NCBI GenBank assembly: GCA_036785375.1
Contig: JAWMAR010000003.1
Location: forward strand, 23,560,001 to 23,624,000
From: Leucoraja ocellata
Lineage: Eukaryota
Length of the DNA: 64,000 nt
Direction of reading: 5' to 3'
A program made the translations under genes and the position numbers. The stretch's first letter is position 1, and each line of letters begins with the position of its first letter. Below the pieces are notes generated by a model. It saw nothing but the letters and a program-made list of their open reading frames with translations, had not been told where the DNA came from and made no database searches. Positions 26,501 through 41,500 of the stretch are shown one piece after another.

Positions 26501-29500
26501 TATCTGTTATAAATTTGCAAAGGAATTTATAGAAAAGCTGCTGACTGATGATTTGCCACACAAGAATTGTTATGAATACAGCAGACAAAGAAAACATTAT
26601 GATGAAAATTAAAAAGTCTATTTTAAGGTATTAAAAAAAATATGGCAAACGATTAGGTCTTAAATACTCTACCAAGGCAGCATTCTATAAATGTTCTCTG
26701 GAACCTCACATCTTCAATTCAAATACTTGCTGATATTAAAATAGCCAATTCTATGATGAATCTACACTCATATATGTTAATCAAAATAGAAAGATACATT
26801 TCTCAATTGAGCCATTTGACCAAATTATTCCAACTGTGGCTGGGGCAGTCAGCCATTCAAAGTGAAGTCAGTCTAGGATTTGTGTACGAGCTGTAAGTCT
26901 GGGACTTGCTACCAAATTTGATGATCCAAATGTGTCACTGCTGTTCGCTGCTGAAACCCAGAGTCTAGTTGGGATTTTAGAGCACCACCTGGTAAAAACA
27001 GCTGCCGACACCTGGCACAGGTCAAACCCAACGTAGGGTCTGAGACACAACTGGTCACCAAAGTTGTTCAAGCACTGCAGATCTGGAGACAGAGGCAGGC
27101 ATCTTAAAAAAAATCAGTACACAAAACTCCTTAATTATTTAATGTCCCAAAGTCAGAGACAGTTAAAATCAGTGACAATTTGGCAGAAGGTGGCTGGGGC
27201 TGCCTCTGCACTATACCACCCAAGGCCCAGTTGCTGAAACACAATTGACCTTTGCCATTTATTTAGATGAAGGAATCAAATCCAAGTTTATTTATGATAT
27301 AGTTAAATAGGAAAATAAACAACAAGGAAAATGAAAGGAGTCTACAAAAACATGGAGGCAGTTTAAAGCAGTAGGCAAAGATTTAAAGTATAGAACGAAA
27401 AAGTGTGATACACACTTTGGTATGAAAATTAAATTGGTAAACGAAAACAGTACCCGTTTCACTGTCCCCTTGCAAAAAAGTTAGTGACATGGCAGCACTA
27501 ATTTAAGCTCTTGTCAAGCAAGCCTGACTCAGTGTCGAACATATTTATCTGTCTTTCTTGCAATGTTGCACTTAGTCAAGTCATGCAGCACGAAAACAGG
27601 CTCTTCACCCCAACTCCTTCATGCTAAGCTAGATGCTCATATACACTGGCCCCAGTTTCCCACGTTTGTCTCATATCCCTCTAAACCTTTCCTATGTTCC
27701 TATCCAAATCCTTTTTAAATGTTATTGTACCTGCCTTAACTACTTTGTCTGGCATTTCGTTCCATATAAGTATCCCGTTCTTTATGGAAAAACTGCCCTT
27801 CAAGTTCCAACTAGATCTTTCCCCTCTCACCTTAAACCGATGCCCTCTACTCCCCAATCCTGGGATAAAGGCTGTGTGCATTGGCCCTGTCTGTTCCCCC
27901 TCATGATATTACGTCACCTATGACAAGGTTTCTGCTGGTGTGGAGTTAATGTGCATGACTAAAGGAAAATAACAGAAGGAAGCTGAGGAAATTAAAAGTA
28001 ACCCAATTAATATGGAAAAGGGTGGAGGACACTTACCCAATTAAAAAAAATAGATATTAAATAATTATAGATAATCTTTTTTGACTCCATCAACAGGATC
28101 TGTGAGGAATCCTTCTCAAATTTGGTTGCCCAAAGCTTCCTTAAGAAAGTGTGACCTTCTCACTGACTGGCTGAAATCCCTGGCCCATGACCATTCCACA
28201 AGGAGCAGCCACATCCGAGATGGTACCGAGAATCTTGGGCCCCTTTGTTGGAAGCCCAGCGAGAAACAGATGGAGTACAAGACCTGAACACGTCCCAACC
28301 GTGCACCTGCTCACATTGTCAAGCACCTCATACCCACACCCTCACTGCCCACCCCTACCCTCCATCCCATAGCAGAATCTGCAGGTTCCCTCTTGGCCTC
28401 ATCGGCCATCTCTGAATCAACAGTTCTGGATTGGAATCAAGTCATCCTTAACCCTGATGTACTGCCTAGGAAAATAAAAAGGCAGAAAGCCTTGCCACAT
28501 CTTAAAGAAATATGGATAAGCACCAACTTAAGGTAATGGACCAAAAGCTAGAAAGTGGGATCAGTGCAGTTGCACTTTTTTAGGCCAGGTGATGGAGTGA
28601 ATGGCCTCCCACTGTGCTGTCAACTTACAAAATTAAGGAAGAGTAAATTGGTTTTGCTGCTCTTTTCACTTTCTGCCTTGAAACATGGTTAAAGACACTG
28701 TGTAGGATCAAAGTACTATCCTTGGCACTTAAACGGAGATCATGCTGCCAAACCCTTCGTTTATGCTGCAGTTTCATGTCACCAGTGATTTATCAGTATG
28801 ACCCACGTACACTACATCCCACATCAGCACTAAAAGGAGATGGCAATGATGAGGGTCCTACCAACAGCCACTTAACTTTATTGGCCTCAACAGAAGCAGG
28901 CCTATAAAAAGCAGCCTAACATTTTATATGACTGACTAGGATATTCTAGCAATGCCAGATCTAGATCCTAGACTCACTTTTGTGCTGAACTTTGATTTCT
29001 GATGGAGTCAATGATGAACATCTGTTGAAACAGCTGCACAAATTCTGCCTCAAATGTCAAGCATCACTTGGGTAAGCAGAATGTTTGCTCTGTTAAATAC
29101 ATACAGAGTACGGATAATAAATTGCCATTCAGCCCATCAAGAATTCTGCTTTCATCGTATTACCGACCAACAGCAAAACTATTAATTCATTTTAACTGTC
29201 AAGTAAAATTACACATAAAATAAATTTGGGGAATTTCTTCTTAAGCAGCCTAGATAATACCCCCAGTAAATGAAGATGCAGTTGAAGAAAATATGTTGAG
29301 CAGACAGAGAAAGATGATGATAAAATAAATATATCCCATGTGATATCTGTTCATCATGATTTCATCAGGAACAGGGGTGGACTCCTAGAATTACTGCAGG
29401 CCATATTTTCTCAACTGCCTTTCCTTGCAATTTGTCAATTTTTCCAAATCACCCTCAGCCTTTCCTGTGCTACTAATTAATTCACACTTGAGCTGGAGAT

Positions 29501-32500
29501 TTTTGTTTCTATACTTGTCTCAGTATACAGTGCCTGCTTTGCGTCATCACCCATAATCACTTCAACACACCTGCCCTCGAACCCGCATCAAAACTCTTCC
29601 TGTCCCTTCCTCTCTCCCATCACAACCATCACATTTGCTTTAAAGTACTTTCCAGTTCTGACAAAAGGGCAATGACCGGAGAGATCAATGGCTTCCCTCT
29701 CTGCAGCTGTCAGCCAACCCTCTGAGTGTTCCCTTCATTTTTTACTTACTTTTCTGTGTTTCCTATCTGTTCAATTTATCATCTTTGACCCCTCCCCTTC
29801 CATCTCTGGAGAGGGCTAGTTATTATGAATGGGATATTGAGATAATTCTAAAGCCTTACCAAATTTTGAAAAATATAATTGCTGAAATGAAATGAATTGA
29901 AATGAAAAAATTACAAAAGTTCACTCATTAATTAAATTCCAACCTGTATCAAAAGATTTTGTTTTACACATTTGCACTGCTTTAAGAATCTTAGCAACTA
30001 AAAAATCATTCCTCTGGCGTAAAAGATCGAAGAGCAGCAATGAAGGTGCAATAGCTGGTAAATTCAATGAAGGAGTGCTTGAACTTGCAGAAATAGGATT
30101 CCAAGTAACATTTTCACTAAAATATATAATTTTGCTTTTAAAGGACAGCATCTCTAATGTGCGTGAGAGCACTGAATGATTACAATTCTACATTCTGGCA
30201 TGCTTCATGTGGTCATGGTCCTCACAGGGTAGGGTTTGACTTACATTCGATCGGTTTCCAAAGGCAGCATAGAAGGGCTCTTTATTTGGATAAAAGAGGT
30301 TCCTGATGTCTGTTAGGCATTGAATCTTGAACTTTTCAGGCTTCTTTTCGATTACTTCTCTAAAATTAAAAACAAATACATATGTTATTAACTTGGCATG
30401 ACAGATCAAGACTGGCCTTTCATAAAAAGATACTGGTATCTTTATCAAGAAACCACATATGTTTTAATATTTGGATTCTATAAACGGTATCATTTTGGGG
30501 GCGTAATGCATATATTTTCAGTTTATTCATGTAATTCTGATCTGCAGGATTCAGATTTCTAGTACAGTTTAAAGAAATCTTAAGATGTTAACTATAAGCA
30601 AGATAGTAGTAATACAGGTTCATCATCAATTTTCCGGCAGCCTTGGTTCCAGAGCCTTTCTGGATTGTCTATTTTGACGGACCAATAGAGGTGACAGGTA
30701 GACAAAAGTGCTGGAGAAACTCAGCGGGTGCAGTAGCATCTAAGAAGCGAAGGAAATAGGCAACGTTTCAGGCCGAACCCTTCTTCAAACGTTTCGGCCC
30801 GAAACGTTGCCTATTTCCTTCGCTCCATAGATGCTGCTGCACCCCACTGAGCTTCTCCAGCACTTTTGTCTACTTTCGATTTCCAGCATCTGCAGTTCCT
30901 TCTTAAACAGAGGTCACAGCTCAGAGGAGTCCAACGGTACCAGAACACCAGAACAGTCTGCCTCGGCTGCCGAGATATCAGAAGTTGGCTATGGAACGGA
31001 TCTGCCAGTTGCGGCCGGGCCAGAGTTCCAGAGCCTCGGCCACAAGGAGCAAGTTCGACCCACAGGTCAGCCGTGGAAGTCTGCTTGGGAACGGGTCTGC
31101 CGGCTCTGGCCGCAGGGGGCAGATTCAGCAAGCAGATCGGTGCTGAAGTCCCGTTCAGGTCAAAATTGGCTGCCTCAGCGGCTTAGGCGCCACATTTTAG
31201 AAACATAGAAAATAGGTGCAGAGTAGGCCACTCGGCCCTTCGAGCCTGCACCGCCATTCAATATGATCATGGCTGATCATCCAACTCAGTATCCTGTACC
31301 TGCCTTCTCTCCATACCCCGATTCTTTAGCCACAAGGGCCACATCTAACTCCCTCTTAAATATAGCCAATGAACTGGTCTACTACCTTCTGCGGCAGAGA
31401 ATCCAGAGACTCACTCACTCTCTGTGTGAAAAATGTTTTTCTCATCTCGGTCCTAAAGGTATTCCCCTTTATCCTTAAACTGTGACCCCTTGTCCTGGAC
31501 TTCCTAACATCGGGAACAATCTTCCTGCATCTAGCCTGTCCAACCCCTTAAGAATTTGTAAGTTTCTATAAGATCCCCCCTCAATCTTCTAAATTCTAGC
31601 GAGTACAAGCCGAGTCTATCCAGTCTTTCTTCATATGAAAGTCCTGACATCCCAGGAATCAGTCTGGTGAACCTTCTCTGTACTCCCCTATGGCAAGAAT
31701 GTATTTCCTCAGATTTGGAGACCAAAACTGTACACAATACTCCAGGTGTGGTCTCACCAAGACCCTGTATAACTGTAGTAGAACCTCCCTGCTCCTATAC
31801 TCAAATCCTTTTCCTATGAATGCTAACATACCATTCGCTTTCTTCACTGCCTGCTGCACCTGCACCATGCCTACTTTCAATGACTGGTGTACCATGACAC
31901 CCAGGTCCCCGTTGCATCTCGCTTTTTCCTAATCGGCCACCATTTAAATAATAGTCTACTTTCCTGTTTTTGCCACCAAAGTGGATAACCTCACATTTAT
32001 CCACATTATACTGCATCTACCATGCATTTGCCCACTCCACCCAGCCTATCAAAGTGACCTTGCAGCCTCCTAGCATCCACCTCACAGCTAACACTGCCCC
32101 CCAGCTTGTGTCATCCACAAACTTGGAGATGTTGCATTCAATATCCCTCGTCAAATCATTAATATATATTGCAAATAGCTGGGGTCCCAGCACTGAGCTT
32201 TGCGGTACCCCACTAGTCACTGCCTGCCATTGTGAAAAGGACCCTTTACTCCTACTCTTTGCTTCCTGTTTGCCAGCCAGTTTTCTATCCACATCAATAC
32301 TGAACCCCCAATACCGTTTGATTTAAGTTTGTATACTAATCTCTTATGTGGGACCTTGTCGAAAGCCTTCTGAAAGTCCAGATATAACACATCCACTGTT
32401 CTCCCTTATCCCACTCTACTAGTTACATCCTCGAAAAATTCTATAAGATTCGTCAGACATGATTTACCTTTCGTAAATGATTTCACCACTTTCCAAATGT

Positions 32501-35500
32501 GCTGCTATCCCATCTTAATAAATGACTCTAACAGTTTCCCCACTACCGATGTTAGACTAACTGGTCTGTAATTCGCCGTTTCTCTCTCCTCCCTTTTTAA
32601 AAAGTGGGGTTACATTAGCTACCCTCCAATCCTCAGGAACTACTACAGAATCTAAAGAGTTTTGGAAAATGATCACCATGCATCCACTATTTCTGGGGCT
32701 ACTTCCTTAAGTACTCTGGGATGCAGCCTATCCAGCCCTGGGATTTATCGGCCTTTATCCATTCAATTTACCTAACACCGCTTCCCGGCTAACTGGATTT
32801 CACTCAGTTCCTCCATCTCATTTGACCCGCGGTCCCCTGCTATTTCCGGCAGATTATTTATGTCTTCCTTAGTGAAGACGGAACCAAAGTAGTTATCCAA
32901 TTGGTCTGCCTTGTCCTTGTTCCCATGATCAATTCACCTGTTTCTGACTGCAAGGGACCTATATTTGTTTTAACTAATCTCTTTCTCTTCACATATCTAT
33001 ATAAACCTTTGCAGTCAGTTTTTATGTTCCCTGCCAGTTTTCTTTCAAGGAGACTTCTTGGGGGGGGGGATTTTAAGTGCGCTTTCGTAATTATTGTCCA
33101 CCAGTTTCCAGAAAATCATTAACAATTAATGGCTATCTTTGGAGCACAATGGAGAAATAAAATTCTACATTATCTTTACATAGGGGCTGATTTTACATGA
33201 TACATAGATAATGCGAAAAATATCTATTTTCATATGAATTAAATTGAAAAACAAAACTAAAAGCAATAAATGTTTATGTCACCTGTGCAATGCTGAGAAT
33301 ACACTACTGGGACACAGCAATAAGAGGCCTTTTGGCAAGACTGTTCCCTTTTCATTAACCCAGTGTAAATATCCACGAGTCATATCAGCCATCCCAATGG
33401 CTCGTGCTGAGCAATACAGGAACTTGTATCCATTTCTGCAGAAAAATGAAAACAATATGTTCAGCCACTTGTATTATTTTCTTTTTCCAGGGCTTTGAAT
33501 ATCCTGCAACTGAATAAAATAATGGGTTTATGCTAAATACAAATAAATCATTCCAAAAGACATTTCATCTAAAATATATTAATATGCTCATTTATCCATT
33601 ACATTAATATTGCCCATTTTGCATAACAAAATGATTTTATTATGAGTTATAGTGCATATCAAGAAGCAGTCTCCTACAGTTTTGTGGCCAACACAATCTC
33701 AAGGAAACTGAGAACAGATGTTTATTGCAAAATATTTCAGCTATGGTCAACATAAAAGATGCTAGAGGAACCAGATGGTCAGGCAGCATCTGGGGAAGGA
33801 ATGGACAAGCCTCGTTTCGGGTTGTGCCCTTCTTCAGGCTGATTGTACAGGGGAAGAAAGCTGGAAAGAGTTCCTGACAAAGCCAAGACAAGCCTGGCAG
33901 GTGATAGGTGGATTCAGATGGGATGGAAGGGGATGTTGATTGGCAGATGGGTGGAGTAAGTGACAAAGGCTTGAAGTGAAAAGGAGACAAAAATGTGTCA
34001 GATAAGGAGAGATGAGAAGTGAATTTTAAAGCCAGTAGAAGAAATGTGGGTAGTAGGGGATGAGAGAGAAAAAAGGTGGGAAATCAAAGGGAAATTAGAA
34101 ACTCAGGAATGCGAAATGAGTGCACAAAGGAGTGGAAGGCAGAAAGGTGACTGAAGATGTGGGAGATAGCAGGGGAAATGGAGTCCATTGCTCTGGACCA
34201 GGGGCCTGGGGATGTGGGCAGGAAATAACCATGCAATAGCTTGGGCGGGCAAAATCCATCTGTTTCTCTGTGCCCGCTATTGTAAATTTATTCATTTCAC
34301 TGGGTAGGCTCTCATGTTACACTGTCCAGGAAAAGTGCATTAACATTTTCCTAATGCCCTCGTGCATTATTTTAACTAAACCTCTGCTGCCATAATTCCT
34401 CTCTGCGGAAGACTATGACAGGGAAAGTTTGATTTATCTACTTGCTGTTCATGTAATTTACAACGCAGATATAGGATGACATTTGAAGCCTAAGGTCACC
34501 ACAAACAGCAATTAAATAATCCTCTTTATTCATGATTTCAAAATATTGCTTCAACTAAGACTCTCACAGAGACATTCTAATTTCCTGTTCTGATGTTTTG
34601 ACTGGAGAATGCTTACCTTGAGAGAACTTAATCGTATTTTGTCCTTTGTGGACAAATGTTTTATTTTCCACAACTGCCCTATTTCACCACGAGAATTCAA
34701 ACACAGAAACGTTATTGTTTCAACAGGAAACGTGATTAAGTTACTTTGAGGACATTTACTACTTTGTGCTTTAAATCTGCAGTATTAAAGATTTATCTTT
34801 TCCTCCACATTCATCTCAAGGTACAGCGCCAGACATCAGATATTGTGAATCTCTCTCTAATTTCCCATCTTCAGAAAGAGCCCTGCAAATTTGACATAGC
34901 AAGCTGGAGAGAGCTGCTTAACAAAATTATCCAACTGTGCATGGTATTACATCTACTTCTTAACCAGTTCACTGGAGATCAAGAGCAACTGGCTTCTACT
35001 CTGTTTCAATGGGCTCTGATGAAACCATGAGGTGCCCAATGAAGTGGATAGTTTGACGTGGTGCAGTCCTCACACAGCTTACACATAATTTGTTTGTTTA
35101 CCAAATGTATGGACGCAAGGATCTCAATATCATCTGACATCCTTCTCCATCACATGATCATTATAGATAGATAGATAGATAGCCTTATTGTCATTCAGAC
35201 CGAAGTCTGAACGAAATTGCAGCAGTCATACATATAATACAATAAAAACAACAATAAACACATATTAACATCCACCACAGTGAGTCCACCCAGCATCTCC
35301 TCACTGTGATGGAGGCAAAAGTCTTAGGTCAAATGAAGTCTATAGGCTTCAAATTCCCAAACGTCAGTGGGCATGCTACATCTATTAACATGTAAACATT
35401 TTTTCTCCAACCAACCAGGCAACTCATCGTATGAGAGGATTTTAGAAGGTGCTGTTTCAGTAGTCTAGTGTTGGCCACGGGAACATCTGGAAGCCTCTAC

Positions 35501-38500
35501 ATGGGTGGAGTCTCCCTACCCAAGGAAAAATTCAACCCATTGATTCCTGGTATAATAGGTTTATCAAACGAGGACAGATTACCAGTACTGTCTGAAATTG
35601 AGAAGTTGTCTCATTTAAACATACTAATTCTTAATGTGCCTGACAGGATACATGCAGTGCTGACATTTGCCTGCTGTGATGTCCAGAATCAGAGGCCTCC
35701 TTCTCAAACTAAGACATTAACCATTCAGGACAAATTGAAATGTAATTTCCTCACCCAGAGCCCAGTAAATGTTTGCAATTTTTAGTAAGCCTGCAGAGGC
35801 TCCATATCTGTGTATATTCAAATCCAAAATCAATGGATTTTTTAGATACCAAGGAAACAAAGGGACATGGAGTTAGTACAACCAAGTGGTTCTCAGGTAT
35901 GATGAGCCACGATTTTAGTGGAGCAATCATGAGGAGCTGAACAACCTACTCCTGGTTCTATTGTTATGTTCTAGACAGAATTATGTTCCTGATCTCAGTG
36001 AGCAGGAATATAAAAGAACTGGCATGAACATATGTGCAGACATAAATTTTGATGCAAAATATGATCAGAGCATTTCTTTCTCCTGAGAAATTGCATTAGA
36101 TTTTTCACTTTCAGAATACAGCCATGGCCCAGACAATGATGATCAATTGTCTCCGTCAACTACAGGGTTGACTACAGAACCAGCAAAGCAGATCCTCGGT
36201 AGTCATTGGGGCCAAATGTGAATTTTACATCAACCTTCTAAATTTGTTAGGAGAATCAATCTTCCAGTGGATAAACTAACAGACTAATGGTAATAAATCT
36301 CTCTCTAAATTAATTCACTTATTTCACAAATTAATAACTGAACTGAAGAAAAAATACTCCGGCAGTGATTGCACTCGCACCAAGGTTAGGGTGATATTAG
36401 GTGTTGTGGATATTAGTTCCACTCCTGTACACATAGCACCAGAAACAGACCGATTTTCCATGTTCATTCACAGGTGAAACATCCCATGGTCCTTATAGAA
36501 TAACATAGCAAGGGAGATTTAATAATGCTAGATCAACAATTGCATCTCAACAAATCACACAACAATGTACCTTATCTGCTCTTTGGTTGCTTCATTTGCC
36601 TTGATATCAGTGAATGCACATTAAAAACACTTAATTGTCTTGCTTGGTAGGACACCCAGTAAATGTGAAGGGAACTACCAGCACGCAGGTATTCTTCTTT
36701 TAAATGGTAAGCATTGTTAAGAAAAAAGAATTGTCCTATTTATTTAAGTTCTGATGAAAGTTTAGCGAATTTTACTCCCACTTTACATTGGCTGCCCGAC
36801 ACTATGCTCAGATATTGTCTTTATTACTACAGGCGCCACTGTTTCACAAACACCCAGCGTTTGGAGATACCTTACATGCCAACGGGTGGAATGGATGGGG
36901 AAGATTTTCCAGTTGCAGACATTTCCTGCATGATGGAAAAGGGTAATCTGTGCGCCTTCTACTCAAGGACCCCCCCCCCTCACACGTGCCACAACAATCA
37001 GGGGTTGGGTCCAGTCAAGCCAAGCTGGCAGCGCAAGGCAGACTCCTTCACTCACTGAGAGGGTGAGGTCAGCTAGCAGCCATTCTTCTCGACCCTGCTT
37101 GCTCTGTCACAGCTGTTTGAGATCCTGTCACAAACAGTCTTTTGGTTCTTTTCAAACTTATGAAAGGTTCAGGTTATGAACAGCTCTCAGGAACAGAAAC
37201 CTGTTGTCACCTAAGGATTGCTTGTATTTTTATTCTGATTTATTTGTGTGGAATTCAGTTGCTTTCAACTTTAAGAACTTTTCATGCTGTTAGCTGGTAG
37301 ACTTACAAAACAGACATGAATTTGATCAGAATATATGTTAAAATAGAACAAAATGCTGTACCATTTGTAAAAGCTGCAGTAAAACTTACTGGCTCACTTT
37401 ATGGTAAAGCTTTGCTATGCCTTGATGCGTCCAATCCTTACCAAGTGTGGGTAAGATATGCCCAAAGCATCAGATCTGTAAAGATATAAAATACTTGTTC
37501 ACTATTTCACATGTGACATAACTTCAAACATGAGTATATGAAGACATGTCTGAGTAAAATGCACCTTGTAATTGTTCCATCAATATCAGAAATAACAATT
37601 TTGTCATTCCAGTTCCAGAGGTAGATAGTTCCTTCACACCGACATGTGCCTGATATTGTGTTGGTGACACTGAACACGACATCATTTGAGCCTTCCCTTA
37701 GTTGGAGTCTTTTCTGTAATTCAAATAAAACATGTCCACTAATATGATTTGTGTCAAATGGTTATATCAGTTTTTCTACACTGTAGATTCAACTTTTTAA
37801 TGCACAAAACATATTGAGTGTGCTAATTGTAATTATAATGTTCAGTTTGAATCTATTAGGCCATAGGTGCACTGTCTTGTCGAAAATTAGAAACTCACTC
37901 TTGGAAGAACCAAAAATAACCTGAAATGCTAGCGGACACTGGCTTTTATATCTGAAGAATGAGAGCACTTGGGTCAAAAGTTATGCTACAATTATACGAC
38001 CACACTGAAGTACTACTGAGAGCAGTTCCAGACACCATTCTTTGGAAAGGTCATCCTGGCCTTGAATGGAGTGCAGAGTACTTTTCTTAGATTGATATAT
38101 GGATTCAAAGATTAAATTTGCACATATTATGGTGGCTTTCCTGGAATTCGGAAAAAAAAATGCAACTTTCACATAAATTTATAGATATTAAGGGTGTTGC
38201 TGGGAAGTAATTCTGGAGCTGCGGGGGTGTCCTGATCTAGATATTACTGAACAAGCATATGATGTAGGACGCTTATGACAATTAGCAGATATCAATTAAA
38301 ATCGCTTCTAACATGATTTATATACAGACTTCTGGAAGTTCTTTCCAATATCATAAGACAATAAAGCATAGGAGCAAAATAGGCAATTCAGTCCATCGAG
38401 TCTACTCTGTCATTCAATCATGGCTGATCTATTTTTCCCTCTCATCATCCTTCTGCCTTCTTCCCTGTAACCTTTGATGCCCGATCAAAACTGATCAATC

Positions 38501-41500
38501 TGCACCTTCATCATCCAATTTGAATTTTGTACTTACGAGCTGGTCAGAGACAAGGCGAAGGACTTCACATATGAAACGCAGGACGAAGATGACAGATCGT
38601 GATCTTGCTGGCCCACACTACATATATGATTGATCATTCTGACATCTTCATCACTTGATGATGATTCATCGTTTAACCTAGCAAAAAATTCAAGTGCAGA
38701 ACTTGACTGACTAGCTACACCAATTCAATAACAAAAGAATAAAAACCATATAACCATTCTAATTAAACAAATGTGGCCCTGCCCGCCCCCCCCCCCCCCC
38801 CTCCCTTCCAACACCTATCTAATAATGAAACATTACTGATTGCTATGTTTAAAACATGCTTTTTCATATAAATTTGCAGGTTCGAAATGTCACAAAGATA
38901 GCACTGTTACATTAGAAAGTGGAATTTCCCTGCTTTAAAAAAATATCCATTGGACAAACACTTAGTGTTAACAAATTATAATTCTGCCCTGGAACATTCC
39001 AATGAAGCATACATACTCATTTTTTGTATAAATAGTCTTAGTTGTGTATTAAATGTGTGTCAAAACTGATTTCATATTGTAAGTTCTGGATGCAGGCTCA
39101 GTGGTGCAACACATACACTATGTTTTGGATGGAAGGACATGAATTTAAGCCTGCCATTTCCCGTATGGAAACTTCTAATCTCATCCATGACACAGAAGTG
39201 ATGAACAAGCAAAGCCAGATGTTTCCTCACAGTAGAGGAAGGTGATGGAGGGGAATGAGAAGGCAGTGATATAAACGTTATCTCACAGCTTCTGGTGGGC
39301 ATTACTGAGAACAGCAGAGGATTGCATCTCCTCTTTTTCTCCACATCCAATGTTAGTATTTGGCACAGAGGTCAAGAAACAGGAAGGTGCGACCTGTACA
39401 AAAAGGATGGGTTGCACTTGAACCCAGGGGGACCAATAGCTGGCGGGGAGATTTGCAAAGGCTACTGCGGAGACTTTAAACTTGAACGGTTGGAGGGAGG
39501 GACTCAAATAGAGAAAACTAGTAGACAGTGTGTGAGGCAGGAAGGCAGAGAAGGGAAGCACTCAGACCCAACATGTAGGGGGAAAGAAGAAAACAATAAT
39601 AAACAGAGAATAAGAGGTGGTGGGGTTCTTGAATGTGTGAGCAGAGAAACAGAAGGGTGTAAAATGGGGTAAAATGCAGTAGGCAGCAAGGTGAAAAGTA
39701 AAAGTGGCAGGCAGACAAAACCAGGGCAAAAATCAAAAAGGGCCACGTTTCAACATAATTGTATAAGGGGTAAGAGCGTTATAAAAACAAGCCTGAAGGC
39801 TGTGTCTCAATGCAAGGAGCATTCGTAATGAGGTGGACGAGTTGAATGTGCAGATAGCTATTAATGATCATGATATAGTTGGGATCACGGAGGCATGGCT
39901 CCAGGGTGACCAAGGCTGGGAGCTGAACATCCAGGGATATTCAATATTCAGGAGGGATAGACAGAAGGAAAAGGAGGTGGAGTAGCGTGCTGGTTAGAGA
40001 GGGGATTAACACAATGGAAAGGAAGGACATTAGCTTGGAGGATGTGGAATCGATATGGGTAGAGCTGTGAAACACTAAGGGGCAGAAAACGCTAGTGGGT
40101 GTTGTGTACAGGCCACCTAACAGTAGTAGTGAAGTTTGGGGATGGCATCAAACAGGAAATTAGAAATGCGTGCAACAAAGGTAAAACAGTTATAATGGGT
40201 GACTTCAATCTACATATAGATTGGGTGAATCAAATGGCAGGGGTGCTGAGGAAGAGGATTCTTGGAATGTATGCGGGATAGTTTCTAAACCAACATGTAG
40301 AGGAACCAATGAGAGAGCAGGCTATTCTAGACTGGGTATTGAGTAATGAGGAAGGGTTAGTTAGCAGTCGTGTTGTGCGGGGGCCTTGGGCAAGAGTGAC
40401 CATAATATGGTTGAGTTCTTCATTAGGATGGAGAGTGACATTGTTAATTCAGAAACAATGGTTCTGAACTTAAAGAAGGTAACTTTGGGGGTATGAGACG
40501 TGAATTGGCCAAGATTGACTGGTGATTAATTCTTAAAGGGTTAACGGTGGATATGCAATGGAAGGCATTTAAAGACTGCATGGATGATCTACAACAATTG
40601 TTCATCCCCAGTTAGGCAAAAGAATAAATCAGGGAAGGTAGTACATCCGTGGATAACAAGGGAAATCAGGGATAGAATCAAAGCAAAAGATGAAGCGTAC
40701 AAATTAGCCAAAAAAAGCAGCCTACCAGAGGACTGGAGAAATTCAAAAACCAGCAAAGGAGGACAAAGGGCTTAATTAGGAAGGAAAAATAGATTATGAA
40801 AGAAAACTGCCACGGAACATTGAAACTGACTGCAAAAGTTTTTATAGATATGTGAAGAGAAAGAGATTAGTTAAAACAAATGTAGGTCCCTTGCAGTCAG
40901 AAACAGGTGACTGATCATGGGGAACAAGAACATGGCGGACCAATTGAATAACTACTTTTGGTTCCGTCTTCACTAAGGAAGACATAAATAATCTGCTAGA
41001 AATAGCAGGGGACCGCGGGTCAAAGGAGATGGAGGAACTGAGTGAAATCCAGGTTAGCCGGAAGTGGTTAGGTAAATTGAATGGATTAAAGGCCGATAAA
41101 TCCCCAGGGCCAGATAGGCTGCATCCCAGAGTACTTAAGGAAGTAGCTCCAGAATTAGTGGATGCATTAGTGATCATTTTTCAAAACTCTTTTAGATTCT
41201 GGAGTAGTTCCTGAGGATTGGAGGGTAGCTAATGTAACCCCACTTTTTAAAAAGGGAGGAGAGAGAAAACGGGGAATTACAGACCAGTTAGTTAACATCG
41301 GTGGTGGGGAAACTTCTAGAGTCAGTTATTAAAGATGGGATAGCAGCTCATTTGAAAAGTGGTGAAATCATTGGACAAAGTCAGCATTAATGATTTGGGC
41401 GTGGGAATTGAATGCAACATCTCCAAGTTTGTGGATGATACTAACCTGGGGGGCAGTGTTAGCTGTGAGGAGGACGTTAGGAGGCTGCAAGGTGACTTGG

